NCBI GenBank assembly: GCA_043228905.1
Contig: JBHGNT010000341.1
Coordinates: forward strand, 1 to 33,060
Length of the DNA stretch: 33,060 nt
Reading direction: 5' to 3'
Source: Azolla caroliniana
Lineage: Eukaryota; Plantae; Polypodiophyta
The position numbers and the translations under genes were made by a program. The notes beneath the pieces are model-generated. The model saw only the letters and a list, made by a program, of their open reading frames with translations. It made no database searches and was not told the origin of the DNA. This document shows positions 31,307 through 33,060 of this stretch, piece by piece; the first letter of the stretch is position 1; the number at the start of each line of letters is the position of its first letter.

Positions 31307-33060
31307 GAAGATCCAATTTTGTGAAATATTTTGCTCCACTAAGACGTTCCAAGAGGTTCGAGATCAATGGTAGAGCATATCTATTCCGGATAGTCACTTT
31401 GTTCAGCCCTTGATAATCCATGACCAACCGAAGAGACCCGTTTTTCTTTTTAACAAAGAAGATAGGTGCACCAGTAGGGGATCTAGAATGCCAGATGAAT
31501 CCGTTTCCTAGATTCTCATCGATATATTACCGCAAAGTCTCTAGCTCTAAAGGTGAGATTATAAATTGGCCCCCATGGCGGTTCTTTCCTTGGTTGTAAG
31601 TCAATAGGGCAGTTGTATGGCCTATGCTCTGGCAGTGTATTTGCTTTCACCTTATCAAAAAATTCTGAAAACTCTTTATAGTTTTTTGGTAATTGGACGT
31701 CTGGTAAGATGGGTGATGGGCTTGATGGAGTTGCAACAATTGCAAATACGAACATTTCCTCGTTCCCCCCTTCCTCACGTAACTGATGGAGAGAGATGGT
31801 TGATAACTTATGGGATCTAGTATCAAATATTGGAGTGTTGAGGGATGTGGGTGTAGTTCTTTTTTCTTGGGATTCCTCAATTGTTCTTTTCATCCAATCA
31901 ATCTTTGGGTTATGTAGTTCAAACCAAGGGAGACCTAGAACTAATGGGTGTTCTGGTCCTACGAATAATGTTGAAAGAGAATATGCTTGCCAAATCACCA
32001 AGAACTACACGATTTGGTTCGGACTCTTCGATTATATCACCTGATGCTATGGGACGACCATCAATGACTTCTACGGATACTGGGTCAGGGAGGCTATTCA
32101 AGAGGATGTTTTGTGTTAATGCAAACTCACGATCCATGAAACAAGAGTTGGCTCTAGAATCTAAGAGGGCTGAGGCTGGGACTCGATGACAAGTAGATGT
32201 GTTAAGCTCAACTTGTGCAGAAAAAACTCAACTAACTTGATTTGATGAAATGGAACCACGACTAGGAACTAACTCTAGATATCTAGGGTTGTCCAATCAA
32301 ATGGCTCCTATTTTGGCCGAACTTACTCGTTTAACACATCCTCTAATTGGCTCAAGATATCGAATCTATTCTCATGGCATGGAATACTAGGCTTACTTAT
32401 GTTATTAGAAGTAATAATGGAGCTTGAAGTAGAGTTGTCTTGTGCGCTTACTTGGTATACTTGATTTGATGTCTAGGTTTATGCAGACAATTCACGGCTA
32501 TATGTCCTGGACCCCCACAATATAGACATAAGTAGTGTGCTCGACGTCGTTGCTTCTCAGCATCCGATAAGGGCCCCCGATATTGTGTTGAATCTATTTC
32601 CATTGGAGTTGGGCCATCCCTCGTGATGGGTCTAGAAACTTGTGGAGGCGTTGCGACTATAGAAGCGTACATTTGTTTTGGTTGAGGGCGCAACATTTGT
32701 TGGCGCTCCGAGTGTCACTCAAATAGGCGATTATCACATTGCACAGCTCAACTAATTGCCTTTGTAAGAGATTTTGGATCTTCATGAAAGGTAAGAAAAA
32801 GATCTTTGACATCATTACACAAACCTTGAAGGAATTGATCCATTAGAGCCGCCTTATCGCAAGGGATATCGCATGCCAAGAGACGGAAATCAGTTGCGTA
32901 AGCCGACGAGGGACAATCTCCTTGTCGGAGCCTTCGAATCTTATTTATTGCCGTCCTAGTGTTGTCGGTATTTCCGAAGCTAGCTTGAAACTCCTTAACA
33001 AACGCCTCAAAATCCTCCAACAATGGTGATTTCTTCTCGAGGAGTGGTGCAAACCATGCT
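31307..33060 (-). mobile_element. Decayed Tcn1-like chromovirus E (diverged relative of D): gag 3' part (32323-33060), protease and RT N-terminus (31307-32328)
   Basis: [68 protein letters not shown]; truncated in RT at 31307. Confidence 0.92.

Overview
Eukaryotic (plant-type, most likely moss/Physcomitrium-like; inferred from element types) heterochromatic window made almost entirely of nested LTR retrotransposons; no intact host gene, rRNA, tRNA or CRISPR array. Reconstructed layout: (1) 1-1107 gag-only Ty1/copia remnant (-); (2) an old Tnt1/Tork-like copia (-) split into 1108-1560 and 13479-13771 by (3) non-chromoviral Ty3/gypsy 'A' (+, 1561-13478), which contains (4) a full-length GC-rich relative 'B' (+, 3568-10625, 4-bp TSD, tRNA-Trp PBS); (5) a third relative 'C' (-, 13772-27720) containing (6) a very young, ORF-intact Tcn1-like chromovirus 'D' (-, 19423-25113, TSD GAACT); (7) 27721-29157, a Pack-MULE-like segment with host eIF4B and PRP22/DHX8 5' fragments fused in frame next to one Mutator-like terminus; (8) an LTR-like region plus an unknown ~480-codon coiled-coil pseudo-ORF (-); (9) a decayed second Tcn1-like element 'E' (-, 31307-33060). 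Most notable signals: the eIF4B-PRP22 chimera; a conserved, covarying G_GAU_UUU + pseudoknot -1 frameshift between protease and RT in B and C; a G_UUA_AAC + pseudoknot gag-pol frameshift, a self-priming PBS and tRNA-like A/B boxes in D. All alignments were done by eye; family names are from recognised motifs, not database searches.
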